Shown in pieces: positions 54,118 to 64,000 of a stretch of DNA of 64,000 nucleotides. Where the stretch lies: assembly GCF_009914755.1 (NCBI RefSeq), contig NC_060945.1; one strand, 5' to 3'. The translations under genes and the position numbers were made by a program. This DNA comes from the human T2T-CHM13v2.0 reference genome, Homo sapiens. Positions within the stretch are counted from its first letter, which is position 1. Each line of letters begins with the position of its first letter. The notes beneath the pieces were generated by a model. It worked only from the letters and a program-made list of their open reading frames with translations. It searched no databases and was not told where the DNA came from.

Positions 54118-55124
54118 ACACACACACTCACAGCACACACCACACACCACACACACTACATGCTCATACATATCACACACACACACACACCCCCCACACA
54201 TGACATACACACCACACCATACACATACATGCCACACACACATGCTCATACATACCACACACACCACACACACACCACACATCACATACACACCATACCA
54301 CGCACATACACACCACGCACACATGCTCATATGTACCACACACACCACACACAATCACACACACACGTCACATACACACCATATCACACACATACACATC
54401 ACACGTCACATACACACCACACATTACATACACACCATACCACACACATACACACCACACACACCACATGCTCATAAATACCACACCACACACACCACAT
54501 GCTCATACATACCACACACACCACACACACATCACATACACACCATACCACAAACACACACAATCACATATACACCACACATACACACCATGTGCTCATA
54601 CATTCCACACACCCACACCACACATACTACATGATCATATATACCACACACACCATACATACACCACATGCTCAGCCATACCACACCACACACACACACA
54701 CACACACACATCAGGCACACACACACATCACACACACATTACATACACACCACACACACACAAAGCATGCACACACCACACACACCACATACACACAAGA
54801 CCACACACACACATCATACATAAACCCCACATACACACCACACACATTATATATGCACCATACACTCACACGCACATCATGCACACACACCACACACATC
54901 ACATATACATGCCACACACACACACATTACATACACACTAAATACACACCACATGCTCATAAATAACACACATCACACACACACAGACACCATGCATACA
55001 CACCACAGAGCACACACATAACCCACACACATCACATACTCAACACTCCACCCACACACCACACACCACATACGCACCACACACACACACACACACACAC
55101 TGCACACACAATACACATACACAT
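54118..55124. repeat. About 1-kb CA-rich low-complexity array with a recurring CATGCTCATA anchor
   Basis: Direct reading; source of the His/Thr- and Cys/Val-rich spurious ORFs. Confidence 0.95.
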
Positions 55125-56018
55125 AAAATTTGCATGAAATAAACATAAAGGAAATGAACACCAAGATTCATCTCTCTTGCCCTGCATATTGGATTGAAAC
55201 ATGGAGCAGACTGGCCAAATTTAAGATTTTTATAATTTACCTCTGAAATCTTCATCAAATTCAAAACACAATTTCACTTTTTGCCCCATCCGGCAGTGTT
55301 GGGGGTTTTGCCACTGGAATAACACAGTATATTTTCCAGTCACACCGTACATCAGAGCTCATGTGTGTGTTAGTTTGTTGCAGGCGTCCTGGTAGCAGAG
55401 CGTGAGGTCCTAGACTCAGAGTGAGTTCCTCCCTCCAGAAATGAAACACCTAAGTTGCTCAGCACTGACAGCAAACATGTAAGTAAGGCAAAGGTTGCCA
55501 CCAGCCCAGCAGGGGTCGAACTTAAAATGAATCTGTGCATGTGGGCCCCTTGCCTTTGACCCATGGGGAGCATCATTCCATAAATAAACAAGGCAATACC
55601 TAACAGCCATTAGATTTCTTCAAGGCCATCTCTGCAATTTCTTTGATGAAACAAAATTGAAGTTCATAATTCCCTCCCAAGCTAATGTTTTACAATAATT
55701 TTTTTAAAGATCCCAGAGTTACAGTAATCACATATCAAATAAGAACATTCCTGAGATGTTTTCCATTTGGAATAGTGAAATTATTTATTAAAGCATCTCG
55801 GCCTTCATCCTTCAGGCTATATGTGAAGCCTTCAAGAAAACCTCCTCGTGAGCCTAACCACATGACTTGGCAGCCCCCACTCCTACTTTCTAGATCATCC
55901 CTGGCCATGCTCCGCCACCCATCCCATGATCCAGCCTCGGCAAAGCCCTGGCTGTCTCCACATTACACCAAGCACCTGGCTGCATGCTCTGGCATACGCC
56001 ACTTAAACTCTCCTCCCT

Positions 56019-56227
56019 GGGAACATCACATACTGGGGCCTGTCGGGGGTGGGTGGGGGACAAGGGGAGGGAGAGCATTAGGACAAATACCTAATGCATG
56101 CAGGGCTTAAAACCGAGATGACGGGGTGATAGGTACAGCAAACCACCATGGCACATGTATACCTATGTAACAAACCTGCACATTCTGCACATGCATCCCA
56201 GAACTTAAAGTAAAACAAAAAATAAAA
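56019..56227 (+). mobile_element. 5'-truncated L1PA (PA7/8-like) 3' end, inserted in an L2
   Basis: G-rich UTR tract; cagcaaaccaccatggcacatgtatacctatgtaacaaacctgcac; TSD aaactctcctccct (56005-56018 and 56228-56241). Confidence 0.92.
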
Positions 56228-56369
56228 AAACTCTCCTCCCTACTCATCCCGGCGAACTCCTGCCTGCCCCTTAGACACAGTTCATGCACCAGCTCTGCTG
56301 GGAGACACCCCTTCTGTGGTCTCCATAGAGCTCCTGTCCACCTCCGTTCACAGCGTAGGGCTGGGAAAA

Positions 56370-56560
56370 AGGTTCTGTGATGGGACGACCTGGATTTGAA
56401 TCTCAGCACCGCTCACTGGCTATATGACCTTGGACACTTAACCTTCCTGTATCTCAATGTTCTTGTCTGTAAAACTGGGATAATATAAGCACTCACTTGA
56501 GGCAAATGTGGTAGGGAATAGATATTTTAATAAATGTAAAGCACCTAGAATAATACTTGA
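56370..56560 (+). mobile_element. MIR SINE
   Basis: cctggatttgaatctcagc...tgaccttggac...ctgtaaaactgggataata. Confidence 0.75.
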
Positions 56561-57106
56561 AACATCACAGCCCTTATCACAATGTATTAAAGTTTTCTGT
56601 TTATGTGGCTATCTCCCCCACTAGACTATAAGCATTTTAAAAAGAATATGCCTTATTATTTTAATATCCCCAGTATTTAGCAAATAACCTGGCACATAGA
56701 AAATTTTTTGTTCAGAATGTTGAATGAATGAATAAATGTATGAAATTAAAAATATATATTAATATTAAATTCCTGCTATCCTGTCCCAAAAGACAATGTG
56801 CTGTCATCACTGCTTGAGGAAGAAGTACATTATTTCACACATCAACCCACCTTCATCCTTTGAGAATTTTTTTTTAGAGCAGAAATAGACTCTATCCAAA
56901 CCATATGGCATAAAGCTGTAGTTTTTAAAGATAAAGGTACACTTCAAAAAAGTGCTGACTCATTTCATCCTTAGATACAGAATACTCATCTTCAGCATTA
57001 CAGGCTTGTGATGGAAGAATACAAAATTTTAAAAATATATAAATTCACCTCTTAGAGGTAAAGGTTTGAAGAACAGAGTTATTTGGTCTACTTGCACCAT
57101 TAGTTT

Positions 57107-57178
57107 GTTTTTTTTTAATTTTACTTTAAATTTTGGGATACATGTGCAGAACACGCAGGTTTGTTAAACAGGTATTCA
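57107..57178 (-). mobile_element. Tiny L1PA 3'-end insertion (about 70 bp)
   Basis: ttactttaaattttgggatacatgtgcagaac; TSD ttgcaccattagttt/ttgtaccattagttt. Confidence 0.85.
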
Positions 57179-57671
57179 TTGTACCATTAGTTTTTAAGAA
57201 TCCTTGATCTTTAAAATGCTACCCACTTGGCCTCCTCTTTTATTCATGGCCTTGTTCTCCAGGAGAGAGGCTGAAACATCCCTTAGGGAACATTTTCTGT
57301 CAAGGTGCTAGACCAGGAGTGTGAAGCAGCGAGCCTTAAATTGCAGGAAGCCACAACAGCAGAAGGCAGAACGCTCCTCAAACTTGAACGCAGAGCCTGG
57401 TGCTGCTTCCAGGAAGTCCCAAGCCAGCCTGACTTCTGACAGTTGATCTCAAGATCTCAACCTATATTCATTTTCACATCAAGACTTTATTTTTGAACAG
57501 GTTCCAGGATACAACACCAGCTTTTTTATTGAAGGCAAAGCATTCTCAATTACTTAGATACTTACTAATTAATATGATTGGCGATATGGTGCGTATTTAG
57601 AATAATCTGAGATGAAACTCATTGAAGCAGCTTTAAAAAGCCCATTACAATAAAAATAATACTTGAAGCTC

Positions 57672-58000
<329 letters not shown>

Positions 58001-58065
58001 TGATAATAATATTCAGTGTGGAAGGACTGAATTCTGAGTCACCTGCAAACCATGATACAGTCTGT

Positions 58066-59578
58066 AGCAGTGGTACTGAGTGTAATCCATAGACCAGTGC
58101 CATTTTGCAAAATGTTGACTGACCATGATGAGAGAAGTACGGAAAGTAAGAAGGGCTTGTAAAATTTTAGAGCAAGTTGACATCACTGTGACATCAGTAT
58201 GAGCTCAGTGCTCCAGTTCCTCTAAATAAGGTGCCGACCACTTCAGACACTGCAGCATTACTCACATTTGGGCACTCATTGGTAGGGCCACATTACAACA
58301 TGTGACCTTTTAAGGTCAGTTTGTCAAGGATAAATCAAATTATATGAAAATCTGAGAAAAGGGAAGCACTTATTTTCATAACTTATTTTCATAATCTGAG
58401 AAAAGGGAAGCACGTTATGAAAATAATTAAAATTTAATTAATTAAATGTTTATGGCTTTTTAAAATTTATAGTTTAACATTACTGGCTAAATAAGGGAAG
58501 TCAAATTAGTATTATGTATTTATAACCTTTATTGATTGATTGATGGCCTCTTTTTGGTCAGAAAAACATATATCTTTTTTGAATGTGACAATCACAGTAA
58601 CCAAATGATGACAAAGAAGTTGACATTGAAGAAATGAAAGCCAAAAAATTTTGTATTCATTTTACTTGAAAGTATAATCCCTCATATACAAATTTTTATA
58701 GTTTATGTAGCCATAAACTACAGTTTTGCAGCCATAATTGATAGCAAAGTGCTAAAAACACTGTAGGTCACTTGAACAAATGTATTGGCAAACAAAACAA
58801 TGAAACTATCAAAACTTGAGTAGCATTTACATAAAAAAATTTTTTAAATACCGAGAATAAAAAAAAATTTGCAAAAAAGAGTATTATTAAAAAGACAACA
58901 AAAGTAGATGTTGAATATTTCATGTCTAAAAATGAATGTCTTAAGGCTTCCTGTAAAGCAGCACTTACATTACTAAAACCAAAAACAAACAAAATGAACA
59001 ATCAAACAAAAATCATAAAATTGCCAAGACATTAATGTAAAACTACATTAAAGAAGTCTACTTGGAAATGTTCGGTGAATCTGTAACCCAAAAAAAGGAA
59101 GCTTGAGTACCACTTTTTAATAATATCACAAATCAGTGTTTTTAAGAATGGGCTGATAGCATAGCTGTAATGACAGGAAAATACTGTGAAATCATTATTC
59201 AGATAACAATGAAAATAAATCAACAACCTGCTTCTTTTCTTCAGAAAGTCTTGCCAGGAGGAAAAAAAAAATCAGCTGAACAACATGCTTAGAGACATAG
59301 TATATAAAAACTAATGCATTAAATTCAAGGTTTTTACATTTATTATGTGATATTATAGAAGATGAACATAAAGAACCGTAGAAGCATGCAAGGCTTGATG
59401 GCTGTTATGGGGAAAGATTCTGACAAGAATGTTTGAAATGGGAAATGAACTCTTAGCGTTCTGGTAGGAAACGAGTTTTGTCCCATGTTTTTAAAGATGT
59501 GAATTAGACAGCCAGACTTTCTTATCTGTCTGACATCCTCAGTATTTGAAAATATCTTAATACTCCTATGCAAGAAAG
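58066..59578 (+). mobile_element. hAT-Charlie (Charlie7-like) DNA transposon relic with a pseudogenised transposase
   Basis: Hand-translated blocks NVLANKTMKLSKLE*HLHK, HKIAKTLM*NYIKEVYLEMFGES, YIKTNALNSRFLHLLCD, WLLWGKILTRMFEMGNELL, FKDVN*TARLSYLSDI resemble Buster/ZBED transposases. Confidence 0.8.
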
Positions 59579-59700
59579 GGATGTGGTAATTTTTTGATGT
59601 ATATCTTTATATAACCATGCATAGAAGAGTCTGGGAATATACAAAACAAAATAATAAGAGTGGCTAACTCTGGAGAGAAATGACAAGGAGTTTTCTCTTC

Positions 59701-60006
59701 TTTTTTTTTTTTTTGTGAAACAGGGTTTTGCTCTGTCATCCAGGTTGGAGTCTGGAGTGCAGTGGTGTGATCTTGGCTCACTGCAGCCCCAACCTCCTGG
59801 GCTCATGCACACCTCCCACCTCAGCCTCCTGAGTAGCTGGGGCTACAGGTGCATGCCACCACAGCTGGCTAATTGTTGTATATTTTTGTAGAGACAGGGT
59901 TTTGCGATGTTGCCCAGGCTAGTCTCAAATTCCTGAGCTCACAGAATCCACTCGCCTCAGCCTCTCAGAGTGCTGGAATCAGAGGTGTGAGCCACCATAC
60001 ACAGCC
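59701..60006 (-). mobile_element. AluJ
   Basis: cctcctgggctca...ctcccacctcagcc; gttgcccaggctagtctc. Confidence 0.88.
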
Positions 60007-61133
60007 TGCTTTTTCTTTCTTTTGCTTCTCTGTATTTATAGTTGTTTTTCTACCCTGAATGCTGCCTATGTCATTAGAAACAAAGACCACAGAGTCATAA
60101 AAGGGTCACACAAGTTCAACCATTTAAAAAACATTGTCAAGAGCTTTGCCCATCTAAGGGACCACATGAGCATTAATGACTGATGGGCTCCATACACTAC
60201 CCAGAATGACTAACACATCAATGAAAGACATGATGATCTAAGGACCGAGGGAGGGGTCGATCTAAAACACAAAATGTCCCTGCTCAATAGCCACCTGCAC
60301 ACCCACAGCTACTGCGTGGAGAAAAGAGAGAGCTGGCTGCAGTCCCCCTCCTGGGGGAAACTGTGAAGCACAACAGAGACCTGCTGTCTGGAACCTGGTG
60401 GCTCCCTCCCCACAGTGAGCATACCACACCTGCACTCTCATGCCCCCACTTCTCTCATGGAACTTCCCTGTCCCTTCCCTCCAGAAGCTACAAGCTCTCA
60501 GAATCACACCTTTCGTGCTCCAGAGTCAACAAGGCTGAGTTTGTGGTGGGCAACAAACAGACTAAATCTTCACACCATTTCTCATTAAACCATCCCTGTT
60601 CATGAGATCTGCATTAAAACTTTTTTCTCTTTTGTCAAGAGATAAAGCAGCAGTACACAGCTTTAGAGGACTAGGGCCTCCCCAGTAACCCTTTCCTCCA
60701 AACCTTTCTAAACAAATTATCATTATCATTGGTGCCGTTATCAGTATACTAGTACTGTTAAAGCCAAGAGATGACCTGTTTTAGGCAATAACATTTACAA
60801 TTCAATAGCAGAGTTTCCTGCACAGACTGTACTATTTACAGAGTCCTGCAGCCCCTGGACAAGGGAACACAGGCTCCCAGCTGCCTGCTTGCAGAGTTCC
60901 CCTGTGGGAGGCAGTGAGATGGAAACACCTGGATGAGAGGCCAGGAGACATAAGCTCCTCCATCCCTGGTTCTGCCTCCAGGGAAGTAAACTAAGGCAGA
61001 TTGCCCATTCTCTCTGCTCCTAAACCAGAGGCAATTTTAAGTGGCTTCCAGCATTGATACACTAGGTCTCTATGAAAGGTGCAAACCTTTCCACACTCAA
61101 TGGATTCTCATCACAACCAAAGCAGCAGGGCAG

Positions 61134-62450
61134 TGTATTAGTTAAAATCCATTTTAGTTGCAAGTGACAGAAGATAACATTGATTTTTTAAAAACAATGG
61201 TGGCTTAAAAACAAACAACCCAACTCAAAAATGGGCAAAGGACATGAACAGACATTTCTCCAAAGACCATTCTATGGCCAATGAGCACATAGAAAAATAC
61301 TCAACATCAATGAGATACCACTTCACACTCATGAGGATGGCCAGTAGAAAAAAAATATATCAAGTGTTGTTGAGGATATGGAGAAATTGGAACCCTTGTT
61401 CCATGCTGGTGGGAGCATGAAATAGTACAGCTGCTGTGGAAAACAGTATGACAGTTCTTAAAAGATTAAATATAGAATTACCATGTGATCCAGCAATTAT
61501 ACTTCTGGGTATATACACAAAAGAATCAAAAGCAGGAATTCACACAGATACTTGTACATCAATGTTCATAACAGTATTAATCACAATAAACAAAATGTGG
61601 AAACAACCTATTCATGATCAACAGATGAACAGGTAAACAAAATGTAGTCTATACATACACGGGCATATTACTCAGCCTTAAAAAAGAAATGAAATTATAA
61701 TCCATGTTACAAAATGGATGGCCCTTGAAAACATTATGCAAAGTGAAGTAAGTCAGTCACAAAAGAACAAATATCATATGACTCCACTTACATGAGCTAC
61801 CTAGATTAGGTAAGTTCACAGGGACAGAAAGGAGAATCCAGGTTACCAGGGGCTATGGAAAGGGGGAAGGGGGAATTAGTGTTCAACAGGTAAAGAGTTT
61901 TTTGGGGGATGATGATTTTTAAAGTTCTGGAAATGATGTGGTGATGCTTGTACAATATTGCAAATGTGCTCGATACCCCTGAATTATATTCTTAAAAATA
62001 GATAAATGATAAAATTTATATTATGTATGTTTTACCACAGTAGATTTCTTGTTAATAATGGTGGCTTAAACCATAGGAAAACAAGCAGATAGGCCTGGTA
62101 TGATTATCAGGGACCCAGGTTCCATCCATTCAGCCACCTCAACACAGGGCTTCCTCTTTATGATCCAACATGGCTGCTCCAACTCCAGTCATCATCTCAG
62201 CCATGCAACAGGGAGGTGGGAGGAGGAAGGACAAGGGCACTCCTCTACCTGGAAGTTCAACCTTCCCTTGAGGGATACTTTCTGGAAGTGGCACACAGTC
62301 CTTCCATTCTATTGGTCAGAACTTGGTCACATAGTTGCACATGGCTTCAAGGGAAGCTGGGCAATGTTGACTTTGTTCTGGGCACCCATCTTTTCAGCTA
62401 ACATTGAGGAAGAAGAGACAAACAAGTACTGAAAACAACAACCAATCCTG
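61134..62450 (-). mobile_element. LTR33-like LTR split by an L1
   Basis: tgtattag...ttagttgcaagtgacaga | ...ccaacatggctgctcc...attggtcagaacttggtcacat...caagggaagctggg. Confidence 0.6.
61210..62050 (+). mobile_element. L1MB-like 3' end (ORF2 end plus 3'-UTR)
   Basis: aaatgggcaaaggacatgaacagacatttctccaaag...ttttaccaca; 14-bp TSD aatggtggcttaaa (61196-61209 and 62057-62070). Confidence 0.88.
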
Positions 62451-63824
62451 CATAAGTTGAAAATCACCTTGAGTGCAAATGTTTTTTAGCACAGGACTGC
62501 ACACCTTTATGTTTTCCTAGGATCACAGTCAAAAAGAAGAAGCTTTAAGAAATGGTTCTGAGGACTTTCTTCTTTGTTAAGCTCACTTTGCAACATAAGA
62601 GGAATTCAGACCTCATAGGGATGTGAGCTACATAGTTATTCACCATATACCCTCAGGAAGAAGTAGAGCTAAACTGAGAAGCACTACAAAGAAAAAATAA
62701 ATGAAGAAGAACAAAAATGAAGATAAAGGGTCACTTTCTTAATGCCTCATCCTATGCATTTTGTAGAATTTGAAACCCCTGGAATGGAAAGCATAAAGCT
62801 CTGACAATCTGGGCTGCATTCAGCCTTGGCAGAAACCAGGATGTGACCACTGGCTCATTCCTAATGTTTCAGGTGGGTAACAAATATTTGCTTTTTCCGG
62901 GGAGTTGACCACACACCCTCTTCCAATTCCTTCAACTCGGACTGCATCTTGCCCTTGAGAAAAAAGATTTGGCACCTTCAGAACACACCATTCCCCACAC
63001 TTCATTTCCCATTAAGGTTGTCTTGGTTAAAAATGTTGCGGGCCAAGTACATGGTTTCACATACTCACATGGTTAAGAGAGAGAATAGGAGTTCTATGAG
63101 TCACAGAAAATTTGGTTGAAAAAAAAAGGAATCAGGAAGAATCAGTAACACTAAACGCCCACACGTCTCGTCTCTTTAAAGCACATTGGGGGAAATTTTG
63201 CTTTTAGTGGTAACTGAACATTCTGTTGCTGCTATATATGTCATTTTCAGCAGAGATGAAATAACTAACAGCCTGGGAAGATTTTTATAGCCTTCCCGTC
63301 CTTTAAGGGATGGCGTGGTCCCAATTTTGACCTCCCTTTTACTACTTTCCTTTCCTTTGGATAAAATCCATGTAATCCTCTGTAACACTAGAACATCTCT
63401 GCATTACTGTGTGCACACCTGATTTCCGTACCGTTTTCACCCCTCATTTTGGCAGCAATCTATGCATAAAGGCAAAAAGTTCCCACACCCCTATCCTGAC
63501 CTCTTGGTAGCCGTGACCCTCATCCCAGCTCAACCCTCCTGGCATCTCCTCTCTCCTGCCAGGTTTGTGGCTCAAGTCAGGAAGCACGTCAGCCCTGAGA
63601 CCTGCAAACCGAATCCCACAGACAGTTCTAGAGGGTGTGCTTGACTTTGGAAACCCAGTTTAACTGGCTTCTGCTTGAATCATCACTCCATTAACATCAT
63701 CATTCCAGAAAGTCGTTGCTCAAGGTCTAAAGCACTTGAAACCTTCCCTTATATTTAATATTTATTACCCATCTTGAAGGAACGGCATCTGAGGACATCC
63801 TCCCATCTTGTAACATGGCTCCCC

Positions 63825-63990
63825 TAAGAAGGGTATAACATAGTGATTGCAAAGCAGGACTCTGTAGCCAACCATCCAGATGCAAATTCTGATTCCATCA
63901 CTTCGCCTGAATATAACTTTGGATAAGCTGACTAACCTTTCTTTGCCTCTACATTCTTATCTATAAAATGGGCACAGTAAAAGTGCATCC
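63825..63990 (+). mobile_element. MIR SINE
   Basis: catagtgattgcaaagcaggactctgtagcca...ctataaaatggg. Confidence 0.7.
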
Positions 63991-64000
63991 TCATTAAAAA

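Noticed and set aside
54052-55264. His/Thr-rich and Cys/Val-rich ORFs
   Set aside because: Translations of the CA/TG array, which lacks stop codons by composition

Overview
Primate DNA, almost certainly human chr21q22.2, lying inside the 5' half of the ERG (ETS transcription factor) gene on the minus strand. I recognise two spliced ERG exons from their sequence. One is a 102-nt 5'-UTR exon (16618-16719; exon 2 in the usual ERG2/NM_004449-style numbering). The other is an 86-nt exon (7437-7522; exon 3) holding the start codon and first 13 codons (MIQTVPDPAAHIK). Both have canonical AG/GT boundaries. The rest is intron: part of intron 3 (1-7436), intron 2, and about 47 kb of intron 1. The introns are packed with Alu, L1, L2, MIR, MaLR/ERVL LTRs, a complete solo HERV-K(HML-2) LTR5 with perfect TSDs, hAT DNA-transposon relics and microsatellites. 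Essentially all entries in the six-frame ORF track are repeat-derived or chance ORFs, many with non-ATG starts. I found no evidence of a new multi-gene system. The best leads are regulatory: (i) a three-uATG architecture in the ERG leader, including an exon-2 ATG that becomes in-frame if exon 3 is skipped; (ii) inverted Alus bracketing exons 2 and 3; (iii) an antisense-pointing HML-2 LTR 1.8 kb from exon 3; (iv) a 1-kb UG-rich tract next to a candidate cryptic exon. Repeat subfamily names come from remembered consensus sequences, and old-repeat boundaries are approximate.
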